Positions 1 to 12,400 of a DNA stretch of 64,000 nucleotides are shown here, piece after piece. This DNA comes from Mizuhopecten yessoensis (Eukaryota). The notes below the pieces were generated by a model. It did no database searches. It worked only from the letters and a program-made list of their open reading frames with translations, and was not told the DNA's origin. The stretch spans positions 1,425,236-1,489,235 of the forward strand of contig NW_018404943.1 of assembly GCF_002113885.1 (NCBI RefSeq). The letters run 5' to 3'. The first letter of the stretch is position 1; each line of letters opens with the position of its first letter. Position numbers and translations under genes: made by a program.

Positions 1-202
1 CCGCTGAGCTGGATATCAATCTCTCGCTATCCAATCATTAATATCGCACTACGGTGTATCAACACTTTACTGCTGATAACGGTAAATCGTGCCCGTAACA
101 TATCTCAGGTATAGATTAGAAAAAAACCGATTTTATATCTATATAGTTCAGTTAGTAAATTTATCCTAAACCAGTTATTATCGCGCCAACTTCCACACAG
201 AG

Positions 203-3200
203 ATGGGAAAACATATCTTAGGATGGAGACTTTTCTACTTGATATGTCTAGGTATGTTGTTCTTCACGTAATGTAGAGTGTACTTAGCTACACTGTAGTG
301 GTAACTATCTAATAAAACAGTTGTAAGAATATTCCTCTTAAATCAGCATTGATATGAATGTACTGGATACAACTTACATTATCAGGATCAATTTTAATGT
401 AAAGACTAAGTTTGTTTTTAACACAACCTGGAATTGAACATTATCGAAAACATTCACGCAAAACCTGAAAAACAACTCATTAAGCCACAGTTTGCTGAAA
501 AGTTAAAGTCAGCTGTTATGGTCGAGACAGCTGACTTTCCTAATTTTGTTTAAAACGCTCAGTCTTCACAATTCATACCAATCGGATGAATCTTATTTGG
601 ATATGTTTAAACATGGTTTGAGTCAATCATCGATACAGGAGGAAACATATTCCTAATTGCATTTATTAACTATACATGTGTTTTTAATGCATTTTAAAGT
701 AAAAATATTGATTGAGTTATTTACATGTATTACATAGTTGTTCATTATATTCGGTAAATATTCACTTAAATACGATGTAAGCATAAGCACTTATTTAGAG
801 ATTTAGTTTCTTGATGTTAAGCCAAACAAATGTTACGTCAGCGGATCTAAGGTCAAACGTATGAAAATCTATGTCCAAAGTGTTCCGAAATATGTTTAGG
901 AAAAACAGAAAACAGGAAAGGTGCCCATAACATTCTTATTACGTGACAAAGTTACAATGCTTAGCTACAACAGATACTTTATTCTGCAACTAGTATTTTA
1001 TGTAAATCTTGCGGTACAATATGTTAGAATGACCATAATTTCTATATTATCTGTATTCTTATTATATCTACTGGATGTGTGTACCATCGGGTCTGCACTA
1101 GTCGAGTAGACATTTCACCTTTTATACCTGGTCCGTTTTAACACGCACAATTGCACTTTTGAAATGTATCACCATCTCCTTTCATGTAGAGCGCGCTAAT
1201 TTAAAATCCGTTGAAAGACTTAAAGTAACAATAAAAATAATGATTTGATGAAAAAATAAAACGAAACGAAAACTTTGATGGTGCAAGTATCAAATTCATA
1301 GTAAAACATATTCTGTCACATTCTATTTGCTGGACACGTTAGTAGTGCTTGATAATTCTATCTAATCTTTAATTTGACATTGACATTCTCCACTGGCTTC
1401 TTTATCTTATTACATCATAGTGACTTAGCACAAAAGATAATGTATCAGTGAGGCAAAACAAGTTTGATAACAGCGCAAAACATCTATTCTGCATGCGTAT
1501 CATGTAAATTAATACATGAATCAAGGTCGTCAAATATACCTTTTTTGGAAATATAAAGAATGTTATTGTAATCAAACACGTTCGTTAAGATTATCCTTCA
1601 CCTAACAGCGGAAATATACTCATAAGCTATGTTTAAACAATATAACGTGCTATCACATATCAGGTACATGTAGTATCAACGAAACCTTTCAACAATAAAA
1701 CATGTTAAAATGCTGGGCTGACCATTCTAAATGACGTGACATTGAGAACGTTTGGGGTGTTCCTTAGTGACGCGTTAGTCGACATCAAAACCAGCCGTCT
1801 AACTTGCAGGAGCTACATGTAGCCCAATCGATAACTTATCAATGGGACAATATTATCGTTCACGTTATTCATTGTTCGGCAAAGTAATGTGACGACGCTG
1901 CAAAGCTGTTTTCTGTGCAAATGGTGATCCTACACGGTACCAAATATTTGAATGAAGAAATTCGGCTTATCTTGCTTTAACGTCTAGTTAAATAATATCA
2001 CCACGTATCTCAGTCAAGCTATGACTTTGTATTATGACGTCAAAACTCTTAACAGTGAAAACACTGTAACCTTGTTGATCGATTTGTAATTACATTGCCA
2101 AAGTATATTTTTGTTGTAAAATTTAAAAATACATGTATTTGTTATATGTGCGTACATATTACTAAGTCAAATAACAAGTATATATGTTACAAACAGATTC
2201 AATCAATCTTTTATTAACAAATTTCTTCTCTTCTACAGGATTCACAATTACAACATTCCATAGTACTGGTGCAAGATCAGTGGCCTCCACAAGACCGACT
2301 CATGTCCACGTTCTGTCTAACAGCAGTTGTTCCGATATCAATGTAACACCACTGAGCCAGAGCTGTGACTTCGACAGTGGATTCTGTAGCTTCAGTCATC
2401 CTACAGATAACCAAGACTTAGAGTGGAGGATAGCAACTTCGCCATTAACATTGTACTCAGGAGTACATTCTCTTCACGGTACAAGTTAGATTTACACCTA
2501 TTGTCATTTGAAATATTTGTCAGCTATTTGCATGAAAAACGATTCTTACCAATGCTGTGTGGTAAATAGAAAGTCAATTTACATCCTTAACGAAATGCCG
2601 GTTATAAACAAAGAAGAAAAAAAGATCTCTGATATTAACAAAGAAATCATCCCTGAACCCTTACTACATATTGTATTTTGAAAAGAAGATTACGAACTAA
2701 TTTGTCTCTAATTATAAATTTTTGATATTACAAAGTTCAAGCCTGTGTACTAATTGTTAGTTTTCAAAGTGGAGGGGCGGTCGGTGAGGAAGACGGTTCT
2801 GCCCTTGCTGACCTGTCAGTGTTCTAGAATAATAACTCTACCTGTAAGGACAAATATATATATATAATGTCCATATATCACTCATTCTCAACAAATTCAA
2901 GAATTAAATTGAACGCATCTTTGTTTATTATTTCTCTTTCGACGATGAACCACTATCCGGAAAAAGGTCGTTTTTATGAAATAAAATGGCGCTATTCGGC
3001 TTACCACGACAGGCAGAAAAAGTAACAAAACGCTGTTTAGAAATTTGTTGCGGCGACGACAAATTGCAGTTTGAGAACGTTAAAAAACCTTTTACGCTTT
3101 TTTGCAGCCAGAAAGTGAAAAAAGCAAATGGTGCCCTAAATAAATTCCATACGACCGTTATAACGAAGAGTGTAATTTACAAATTTCTTGAAAAAGTCTG

Positions 3201-5546
3201 TATATGACAATGATATAACCAAATGTTCTTTATATTAAAAGTGCATGTTTATTCATAAATGTTTCAAAGATTGCACAAGAACATACATTCAGATAAATCT
3301 TATTAGATATTACATTACCTTTGGACAATGTTTTGAACTATTTGTGGTGCTATTGTAGGAGGATCATATATTTACCCTTACACAATGTTTAAACCTAACG
3401 GCGCTAGTTCCTCTATCAACACCACAACAATCAATGGCGGGGCAGTTTGTATCCAGTTCTGGTACGCGATGACTGCATCTACCTCCAATCTGGAAATCCT
3501 TGTGGATACCAATGGTCAGGAAACGTCTGTATGGCAACAGACTGGTCGTCATGGAGATGATTGGAGGAAGGCGACAATGGCCGTTTCCAGTCAGGCTCCA
3601 TTTAAGGTATATATTTATTGCAATATAATATAATATTTACATACAAGTTTGCAAAATCGAATTTTTTCTCTTGATATGCATGCGTTCTTCGCTGTATCTG
3701 AGTTACTTGAACGCATATCAAGACTTGTCTCAGCTAGCATGCATATTGCATGAAGTGCGTTAATGACATTATAATATATGCATGCTTTGTGACGTTGTTA
3801 CATGTATGACATCACAGACCGTCTTTGCAACAATGTTATGTGGTACATCCTGTGTACGTGAATTAATTCATTGTAACTTAAGGATCCCGGTTCAACTCTA
3901 GGCAAAACATTGTAGTTAGTTTAACCTAAAAAAACTCCTCTAAGTTTGTTTCGGGTATAAATGTAGCGCAACTCGGTCAGGGTTCAACCGTTGATCGATA
4001 AGCTCAGTTGGTTACAACAACAGTTTGATAATCGTGGGGTCTAGGGTTCGAATCTTTGTCAGGCACCTTAGTATAATACATATAGAGCATTGCTGTTGAT
4101 GATTTTTTATTCAATTTTAATTATTTTTCCTCTCAAAACAGGTACAGTTATCTTTTCAGAAAAGTTAATATCAGCTATTGGATTATTTTGATATACTTGT
4201 CGTGTATATTATCTGAGAACTGATATAAAATTCACATCTTTTATTTATTTTTAAATTTGTTAATTATATCATGGCGCTCTTTGTTTTTCTTTTTGTCGTT
4301 TTACTTTACTTTCTATTTCCTTTTTTTGCAGATTCGGTTCAAATGTGTAAGAAAAAATCATGACACAAAACTAGGTTTAGACGACATAAAAATATGGAAA
4401 TTTCCATCGATTACAACGACTAAGCCAACCACTACTCCCACCACGACACCAACCACGGCATCTACCACTAAACCAACCACTACATCAGCAACTACACCTA
4501 CAACTACACTCGCAACTACACCAACCAAGAAACCAACTACTACACCATCTACAACACCAATTACTACACCCACGACTACACCAACTACTACACCCACCAC
4601 TACCCCAACCACTACACTAATCACGACACCAACAACTACACAAACAACTGCACTGACCAAGACACAAATCACTACACCAACCACGACACCGACCACTACG
4701 CAAACTTCAACACCGACCACTACGCCAACCATGACTGCAACAAGGATACCAACCACTTCACAAACCATTACCCCAAACTATACGTCAACTACTACAAGGA
4801 CAACACATACGACTTCAACAAAGATAACCACATCAGTGATATCAACAACAGCACAAACAACAACACCTACAAAAGTTTCAAATAAGATATCAACAACAAT
4901 AACATCATCACTTGCAGAAATAACACCCGATGAAACAACATCAGTGAACCACATCCATAAATTTGTCCAACACACAACAGCTAAGAAAACAAAGAAACCC
5001 TCAACGAAGCCAACGACCGAACAAGTGTCAGAAATCGTATCCAAAATAAAAAATAACATAGCATCTTCAACATCATCGGAACAATCGACAACGTCACATA
5101 AAACAACAGACCAATTGTTGGAAATATCAACAACATCGGAATTCAATACAACACAATTTATGAATACGGCGTCAATACAGAATTCGTCAATTTCTGTACC
5201 TACGTCTAGAATAAAATCATCTATTCCGACTGAAACATCGCCATATCGATCAACTACTTCCGGTCACAGAATACACCATATTACTCATGGTCCTGCGGTG
5301 ACCATGACTATTCCTGTTGGCAATATTGAGAACAAAGTCGCTCAAAATGACGGGTCGTTCACCAGCAGTCACAAAACTGGGATAATCGTTGGATCCGTTA
5401 TTGGGAGTTGTGCTGTGGTTCTGGCAGCCTTAATGGTCATAAAGAAAGCCCGGGCAGCGAAAATAAAATGTTATCAACTAGAGAAATCGTATACAAGTGA
5501 TGAATACATTCCTGGATATCTTAAAATGAAAGGAATGAAAAAGTAA
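203..5546 (+). CDS. Gene A1: membrane-tethered MAM-domain mucin-like protein (signal peptide-MAM-PTS tract-TM-cytoplasmic tail), ~583 aa
   Basis: Exons 203-251, 2239-2478, 3359-3606, 4332-5546 have GT-AG junctions and compatible phases (1,1,0). The N-terminus MGKHILGWRLFYLICLGFTITTFHSTGA looks like a signal peptide. MAM motifs: CDFDSGFC, W, G-x-Y, CIQFWYAM, W..TG..G..W, IRF, LGLDDIKI. PTTT repeats follow, then TM GIIVGSVIGSCAVVLAALMVI and basic KKARAAK. AATAAA at 5567-5572. Confidence 0.85.
3998..4068 (+). mobile_element. Degenerate tRNA-derived SINE head in intron 3 of A1 (counterpart at ~38455-38522 in A2)
   Basis: A-box-like AGCTCAGTTGGTT and B-box-like GGTTCGAATC at tRNA spacing, but no intact cloverleaf stems. 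Present in both A paralogs, so it predates the duplication. Confidence 0.5.
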
Positions 5547-5729
5547 CAAGTTTAAAAGTAGTATACAATAAAACTGTTCATGCGTGTACGAAATGAAGAA
5601 CAAACAAACTGTTGCCTTGAAAAAACGATAACTCACAGATTTTGATGGGTATTTTCAGCATTTTACAGCAAGGATATTTAACGGAAACTAAAAAAGGTTA
5701 ACAATGAAAATCAGATTAAGTTGTTTTTG

Positions 5730-5823
5730 TATGAGAATTTACAATGGTGTGTTATGAACATATGAGAATGTACAATGGTGTGTTATAAACATATGAGAAT
5801 TTACAATGGTGTGTTATTAACAC
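5730..5823. repeat. 3 x 31-bp tandem repeat
   Basis: ATGAGAATTTACAATGGTGTGTTATRAACAT units start at 5731, 5762 and 5793. Confidence 0.85.
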
Positions 5824-6269
5824 AATAGATATTCAGCAAAATGGACAATCAGAACATTAAAATATAAGCTGATTTTCTGTTGTTTTGAAATTCAATGAAA
5901 CCTTTGACATGTCACTCTCGTATCAATAATATGTAAAAAGTGTTCGCAATTCCTATATACGGGAACCACTTCCTTGACAGTCATGTAGTTAGGTGATGAT
6001 ACGACATGGCTGTTATGTCAGTAGTTAATGATAAGTACGGTGTATTTGCGTACCGCGGGTGCCATATAGATGATGTGTGATGATAGTGCATCACTAGTAT
6101 TGACCATGCTAAATTGCTATTTCCTTGACAGCCATGTAGCTATATACCTGATTATAAACCATGGTTGTTATCACAATAATTATTTATAAGTATTAACCAG
6201 TATAATTTACACTAAACTTATTCATTGGAAGCTATGTAGACGATTTCTTTGTGATATAGAGCGGATTTA

Positions 6270-6885
6270 TGTTTCCATTGTAAGATAATTCAGCATTTCT
6301 ATTGTACTGCTATTTGATGTTACATTTTACGGTAATTTAACGTTTCCATCGAAGGACACTTAACGTTTCCATTGTAGGCAAATGAAACGTTTCCATTTTA
6401 CTCTAATTTAACGTTTCAATTTTACGATTATTTAACGTAAACCTTACCATTTAATGGCTTTTTAGCGTTTTCATTTTATGCAAATCAAACGTTTCCATGT
6501 TACTGTAATTAATGTTACCATTGTAAGCAGATGAAACGATTCCATTTTACTCTAATTTAACGTTTCAATTTTACGATTATTTAACTTTAACTTTTCCATT
6601 TAGTGGTTATTTAACGTTTTCATTTTATGCAAATCAAACGTTTCAATTTTACTGTAATTAACGTTTCTGCTTTACAACTATTTAACGTTTCATTTAAAGG
6701 TGGCTAAACTTATCCATTGTACTGTATTTTAACCTTTCCAATGTTAACTTGCTTTACGTTTGCATTAAGAGGCAATGACACGTTTCCGTTTACTGTAACA
6801 CACCGTTTCAATTGTAGGGTAGTCATCATTGTAAAGTAAGTCAACATGTCCTTATAGAGTAATTAAAGTTTCCAATGTAGGTAAT
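6270..6885. repeat. Degenerate ~24-bp minisatellite (core AACGTTTCCATT)
   Basis: TTAACGTTTCCATTKTA recurs at ~23-24 bp spacing, with a ~150-bp higher-order duplication (6386 vs 6535). Confidence 0.75.
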
Positions 6886-8563
6886 TTTTTTACGCAAAGT
6901 TGTTGCCAATGACACAAATCTAACTCAATGTATTCAATCTGTTGTTTATATCTTCATTGTTGTAGTAGGACTGGTAATGTGGGTGTAGTGTTATTTCTTT
7001 CGTATAAACATGACACAAAAGCATATACATGTTCAAAATAAGTACAATGTATGTACTTGTATCATGCTACATGTTACTGCTGTAATTAAGTGCTAAGTAT
7101 TATTTAGAAAGCCGATATGAAACAATTTATACAATGTCCTAAGTATTCACAGCCTTGCAGAAAATAGAATGAATATTTTTAATGTTTATGCAATCTGAAT
7201 TATACAACAGCTAACCCTGGCCCATTACTTTAAACGTCACGGTGCCGTTTGACAATTTTAATGATTCATTCTAAAATACAGGTACTTTCAATAATATAAT
7301 AACAAATATCAGAGTTGAGAATAGTTCGAAATTTATTGAAGTCATATAGCACTAATTCGAAAAGTTATATTAAGATAAAATATCCAACGGTTTTTGTCCA
7401 GATTGCAAAACAATCAGGGAGTATATTTGCGATCGTTTGGGGAATACGTTATTTATGCGATGTATGTGAATGTAATTGAAATACACGCCTTCCCATGTGA
7501 TATGGATGAAGTAAACATGTTTTTAATTTCACTAACCACTTTTGATATTGTTATAAATGTATGTGATGACCATACGACACTGACAACATTATGCTGAATG
7601 TTGTCGTTATAACTACATGAAGTTAGAAATATGGCAATCGTCTCCCTGATTCGTATTGCTAATCCTGCTAATCTTTACCGAAATTATGATAAGAGCTATC
7701 CTGCCTGCACACATGTAAAAACAAAACGTTAAATACATTTTTTTTTTTTGTATATTTCTTTACTCCGTCATAATCTACATTTTTTAATGTCATGTTCATG
7801 TAATCAAACTGTATTTAAACATTCAAACATAGTTCAATGTCGAAATTAACGTAAAACGTACATTGTAACAATAGCTAAACCAGATTGATTTGTTATATAC
7901 TGAGTACATATTTAAACAATTTCAATAAAATGCATATAATGTTATACGGAAGTAGGCGTGATTTCAAATGCCCTGATAGGATTTAGTTGGCATGTATATT
8001 TACAGGTATCATATATACTATTTTGAGATTACGGTACATTGTAGATACTTATGTGTCGTGCAAATTGGATCTAGGCACGAGGACAAATGCACAAATAAAG
8101 TCAAATATTGAATTTAAATTTCTGCAAGGGGTAAAATGACAATGAAAATAATAATGGGGCCGTGTGCTGAAACAACTCACATATGTGTCCAAAGTATATT
8201 GTATGGAACTAAATGTTATATTCCTGCTTTTTACCAGTATCATTGTTTTAGACTACGAATGTTTGTAATATAGTACTGCGGTTAGGGGTGGCGATATCAG
8301 GAGGCAGCGTTAAACTGAACTAGACGTTAAGAGATGAGATTGCTAGACAATTTTAACCAGAGACCACCGTGATCAAATGTAGCCACTTTTCTAAGTAATA
8401 AAGATAATTTAACAATCAACAAGAAAATTTAGCTTGCTTTTTATTGTTTATGTCTATACTCGTCAATTTTTTTGTTACTAATTTTAATGATATGCACTGT
8501 ACTATAATACTTGGGTGTTGGTTCATAAAGAGTAAACTGCTTAGCTTCAGATGCTTGTCTTCG

Positions 8564-9200
8564 TTTTTATGTCGTCTGCAACGCGGTGCGACATATAAGT
8601 ATTACTATGTCGTCGTCGGTTACGTCGTCTGAAACAAGGTTTCCTTGAGTTCCCTTTGGTTGATTAAACTAAAACTTCATACAGTGTTTTCTTACTGAAA
8701 GAGCTTGCTTGGAATTACTTTTTAGGCCCAAAGGTAAAAAATCATTGTCGCCGTTACTATGAATAGAAAAACTGTTTCCGTGCGCTAACTTGACTTTCTT
8801 CAAGTCAATTGAACTCAAACTTCATACAGTGCTCCCTTACTAAAGTGCTATGCTTTGGATTGCTTTTCAGGTTCGAAGGTCAAAGGTCAAGGCCACCGTA
8901 ACTAAAAATAGAAAATCTGTTTCCGTGCGATAACTTCAGTTTCTTTAGATCGAACGAGCTCAGACTTGATATAGTGCTTTCTTACTAAGGGTGCTTGCTT
9001 GGGATTGCATTTCAGGTTCGAAGGTCAAAGGTCAAGGCCACCGTAACTATAAATAGAAAATCTGTTCCCGTGCGATAACTTCAGTTTCTTTAGATCGATC
9101 GAGCTCAGACTTGATATAGTGCTTTCTTACTAAAAGTGCTTGCTTGGGATTACTTTCCAGGTCCGAAGGTCATAGGTCAAGGTCAACATTACTATAAATG
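8564..9200 (+). mobile_element. Helentron/HINE-like non-autonomous element with ~4 internal 145-bp tandem repeats, 3'-truncated
   Basis: Starts with a T-run and a subterminal hairpin (TATGTCG...CGACATA), then a GTC microsatellite, then 145-bp units (AATAGAAAA at 8762, 8907, 9052) containing AAGGTCAAAGGTCAAGG. Absent upstream of B2, where homology resumes at ~9199/47536. Family assignment is from architecture only. Confidence 0.65.
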
Positions 9201-9285
9201 GAAATACAAGGAATCATCTAGTCAAGTGATCACGAGAGGTCAGAAATAACCAGCCTATTTGAAACTACTGCGCATGTACACACGA

Positions 9286-9322
9286 TATAAAGGTTTTTAC
9301 GCTTAACCAAATGTTCTCAGTT
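9286..9322 (+). promoter_or_regulatory. Putative core promoter of B1 (TATA box + initiator)
   Basis: TATAAA at 9286-9291 and TCAGTT at 9317-9322, ~33 bp apart and ~160 bp upstream of the ATG, within a block conserved upstream of B2. Confidence 0.45.
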
Positions 9323-9479
9323 CTTAGATAAGGACGGAGAAGTGATCACTACCCTGCATATATAATCTATCATATCAACAGTGAAGTCTTAGGGGGAAAC
9401 ATATCATAGAGTACTTTGAGGAAGAAAGAAATGGCATAATAGTAAAGTTGAATTTTGACTATTTGAAGGAACTGTTATC

Positions 9480-12400
9480 ATGAAGCTGGCTTGGACTTTA
9501 GTTTTGCTACGTAAGTACAATTTATGATACGTTATTATCCATGTTCACTTTCAGTAATAATAATAACTATTATTTTTTTATTTAAAATCCTAAAGAGAGC
9601 TAGAAAAGAATATAAATATGTACCAATACATACCATGTGTAACTTTTAATTTTATGCTTGGTCAGTATCTTACAGTTAGTATTACCAGTAATATGACCTA
9701 AAACACATATTCTTAATTTGTTATTTTGTTATAAATGAGGAATGATCGACTATTGCAGACTTTCTTGTCGTAGAAATTAAATTTAAAAAGTGTAAAACAT
9801 CATAATGTTGAATATTACACATACACTGTTATCACAAAAGCATAAACAACCAAGTATTTAGTTTGGATTTTTAATGTTTATATCTTTAAGGAAGTACAAA
9901 CAGTCACCCAGGTAACAACAAAAATAACACACACCAATCAAACAATAGTTAAAATGGAAGCTTAGTTACCAGATTCATATTTCGTGGTTGTTGTTAATGA
10001 TTACGCGCGTTAGCTGTCCCAAAAGGTTTTATGTCGTAAACAGTCAATAAACAACTCTCCATGTGAACCACTGTTTTAGTTTCCAAGTCAGCCAATACAC
10101 CAGCTAATCAATTTTCAACTGTAATTCAATTCGTTAAGATTCTCACATATCATAGTTTGCAAATAACAAACTTTCAAAATCTTGAAACGCAAAATATGCC
10201 ATTCTACGAATCAATTGATGTCTATAGATACTCTAACGTAACGCAATAAAATGTGTTACAAAACACCGACATATATTACATGTACTCGATCGATTAGTAT
10301 TGGCCGATTCTTCTATTGCTTACTCAATGATGTCATGACCACGTGCAGTGGCTAGATTTCCTGAAATTCAAAACCGTAACCACAAACGTAGGTTTTGAAG
10401 CCGATTTCCTGTGTTTGCTTAATTACGTGGTGTTTAAAGGGAGCTAACCCGTCTTGACATAACGTTTTTTACTAGGACTGGTGGATAATTCTTTACACTG
10501 TTTTGCTCTAAAGAATCTTGAAATTTTGTATATTCTATATTTCCTATCTAATACATATTTTCATGTAAACGATTTATTTTGACAAAAAGAACAATCATCG
10601 TGATGTAACCACAGTTATAGAATATATATGTTATTTTAAGGATTGAGAAACATTATGATATTTAGCTTCATGAAATGGGAGCATAGGAAATACAAGAAAA
10701 ACTTGGTTCAGTGTAAATGTACTAGGTATACATGTACATGTTTCAACTAATGAAATTTCATAAGAGATGTTGAACTTACAACATTGTTCAGTTAATATAC
10801 ACTTTATATATACTGTGATTAACACACTTATGAACGTGTTTGAACTTGAATAAGTCAGTTCTATTCGCTATGACAATCACAATTGTCAATCCTGATGCCT
10901 ATGACATTTCTTTATCAAACCAGCGCCCTTAACAAAGTGAACATCTGTGTACACGTGGTATCGGGGTTTTAAGCGAGCAATCTTTATATCTTTCATATCG
11001 CAAGAAACGTATTAAAAACACTCTCAAGGCCTAAAACTCACCGAAATCAAATACCAGCAGATATGTGCATCCTCAGATAATCTCTCGACCTAATGGTATC
11101 TCTTGTAAAGTCGCGATCTGTGTTCACACTTCCTTCTCTGGGAGGCTCGAAAAACTTTATCAGTACGAATTTAGTTTCACGGGATACTATGGAATGTAAA
11201 TTCACAAAAGGATATAGAAAAGCAATGAATTAAAATGTCTGGTTTACCCTCATTCATAAGTATAAAGTATAAACAAAATTGATATCTGCCACTTATTATT
11301 CGCTAGAAAAGATTTCAATTTAAACGCATTTGAATGTATATTTAATGTACAATGCATTTATAATACAATAAAACAAGTTGTTAAAAGTCTCTCTGTATAC
11401 ATGAAGTACTGCTGGGCGAGCCAATTCGAGCGACATCGTGAAAATGTTAAAATAATAAGTTAGAAGTGATATACTGTGATAACTAAGTGATACTTTGTGT
11501 GTTGACAATGGTGAATTGTCCATCGTGGTTTTGTGTGTTGACAATGTCTAGGGTGTAGTGTGTTAACATACTTATTTTTAGTTGCAAGTTGGTTGATAAT
11601 TTCAAAAGGGTACTTTGACTCAATCCCAATTACGGAAGTGACAAACTCTGAGCAAATTTTCGCTTAAGGTCATCGGAGTGTATTGATAAACGGACTTAGG
11701 AAGTACATCCCTTGTTGAAAATCCAATGTAGGGAGACAGTATCACAATTTCCGCATATTCTAATGTTTAATATCAAACGGATGAATATTGTATGTTTATT
11801 ATTGACAGAACAGTGTGTTCTCGCAATATTAAAGTATTTCAAAGCAATCCAGGCATTAATGCAGGTTTTTATTTATCAATGAGTCACATGTGTCCATTTT
11901 TCTGTACTTTAAGAAACCGGCTACCTATTTCACTACTGTGAAGTTTTTCAAGAACGATAACTCTAACATGCAATTACTATGTGTATGGGTTTATTATAAA
12001 ATGTAAATTTTTAATCGTTTATAGATAAAAAAAAATTAATCAGTTTCAGAATTTATCAAATTGATATACATTAATGCAATACTAATCTATGGCAGTTTTT
12101 TTTTTTTGACATTATTTTGCAGACAATTGTGTCTTTAATTTTTTTTTCAAAATCCACTCCTTTTTACATAAATTTCCATTTAAAATCCTGAAAATTCCGA
12201 CAACCTATATTTTTTTGTTGCAATTTTTTTCTTTACTTCAAAGCAATATAACTACAAAATTTGAAGAAATTCTACTGAGAAATGGTGACACAAACCTACA
12301 TAAATGTCTTACCTTAAAAAGAAAGTTAAATAACATTAGTAAGGATCTTTAAGGAAAGAAATGTTATTGTATCTGCTAGGTCTGAATAAAAGTACATTAA

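Noticed and set aside
1921-1936. Alternative first exon for A1 (ATG GTG ATC CTA CAC G|gtacc; similar at ~34661 in A2)
   Set aside because: The donor is weak and the signal peptide poor. Exons 203-251 / 31060-31108 have strong donors, conserved length and a hydrophobic core.
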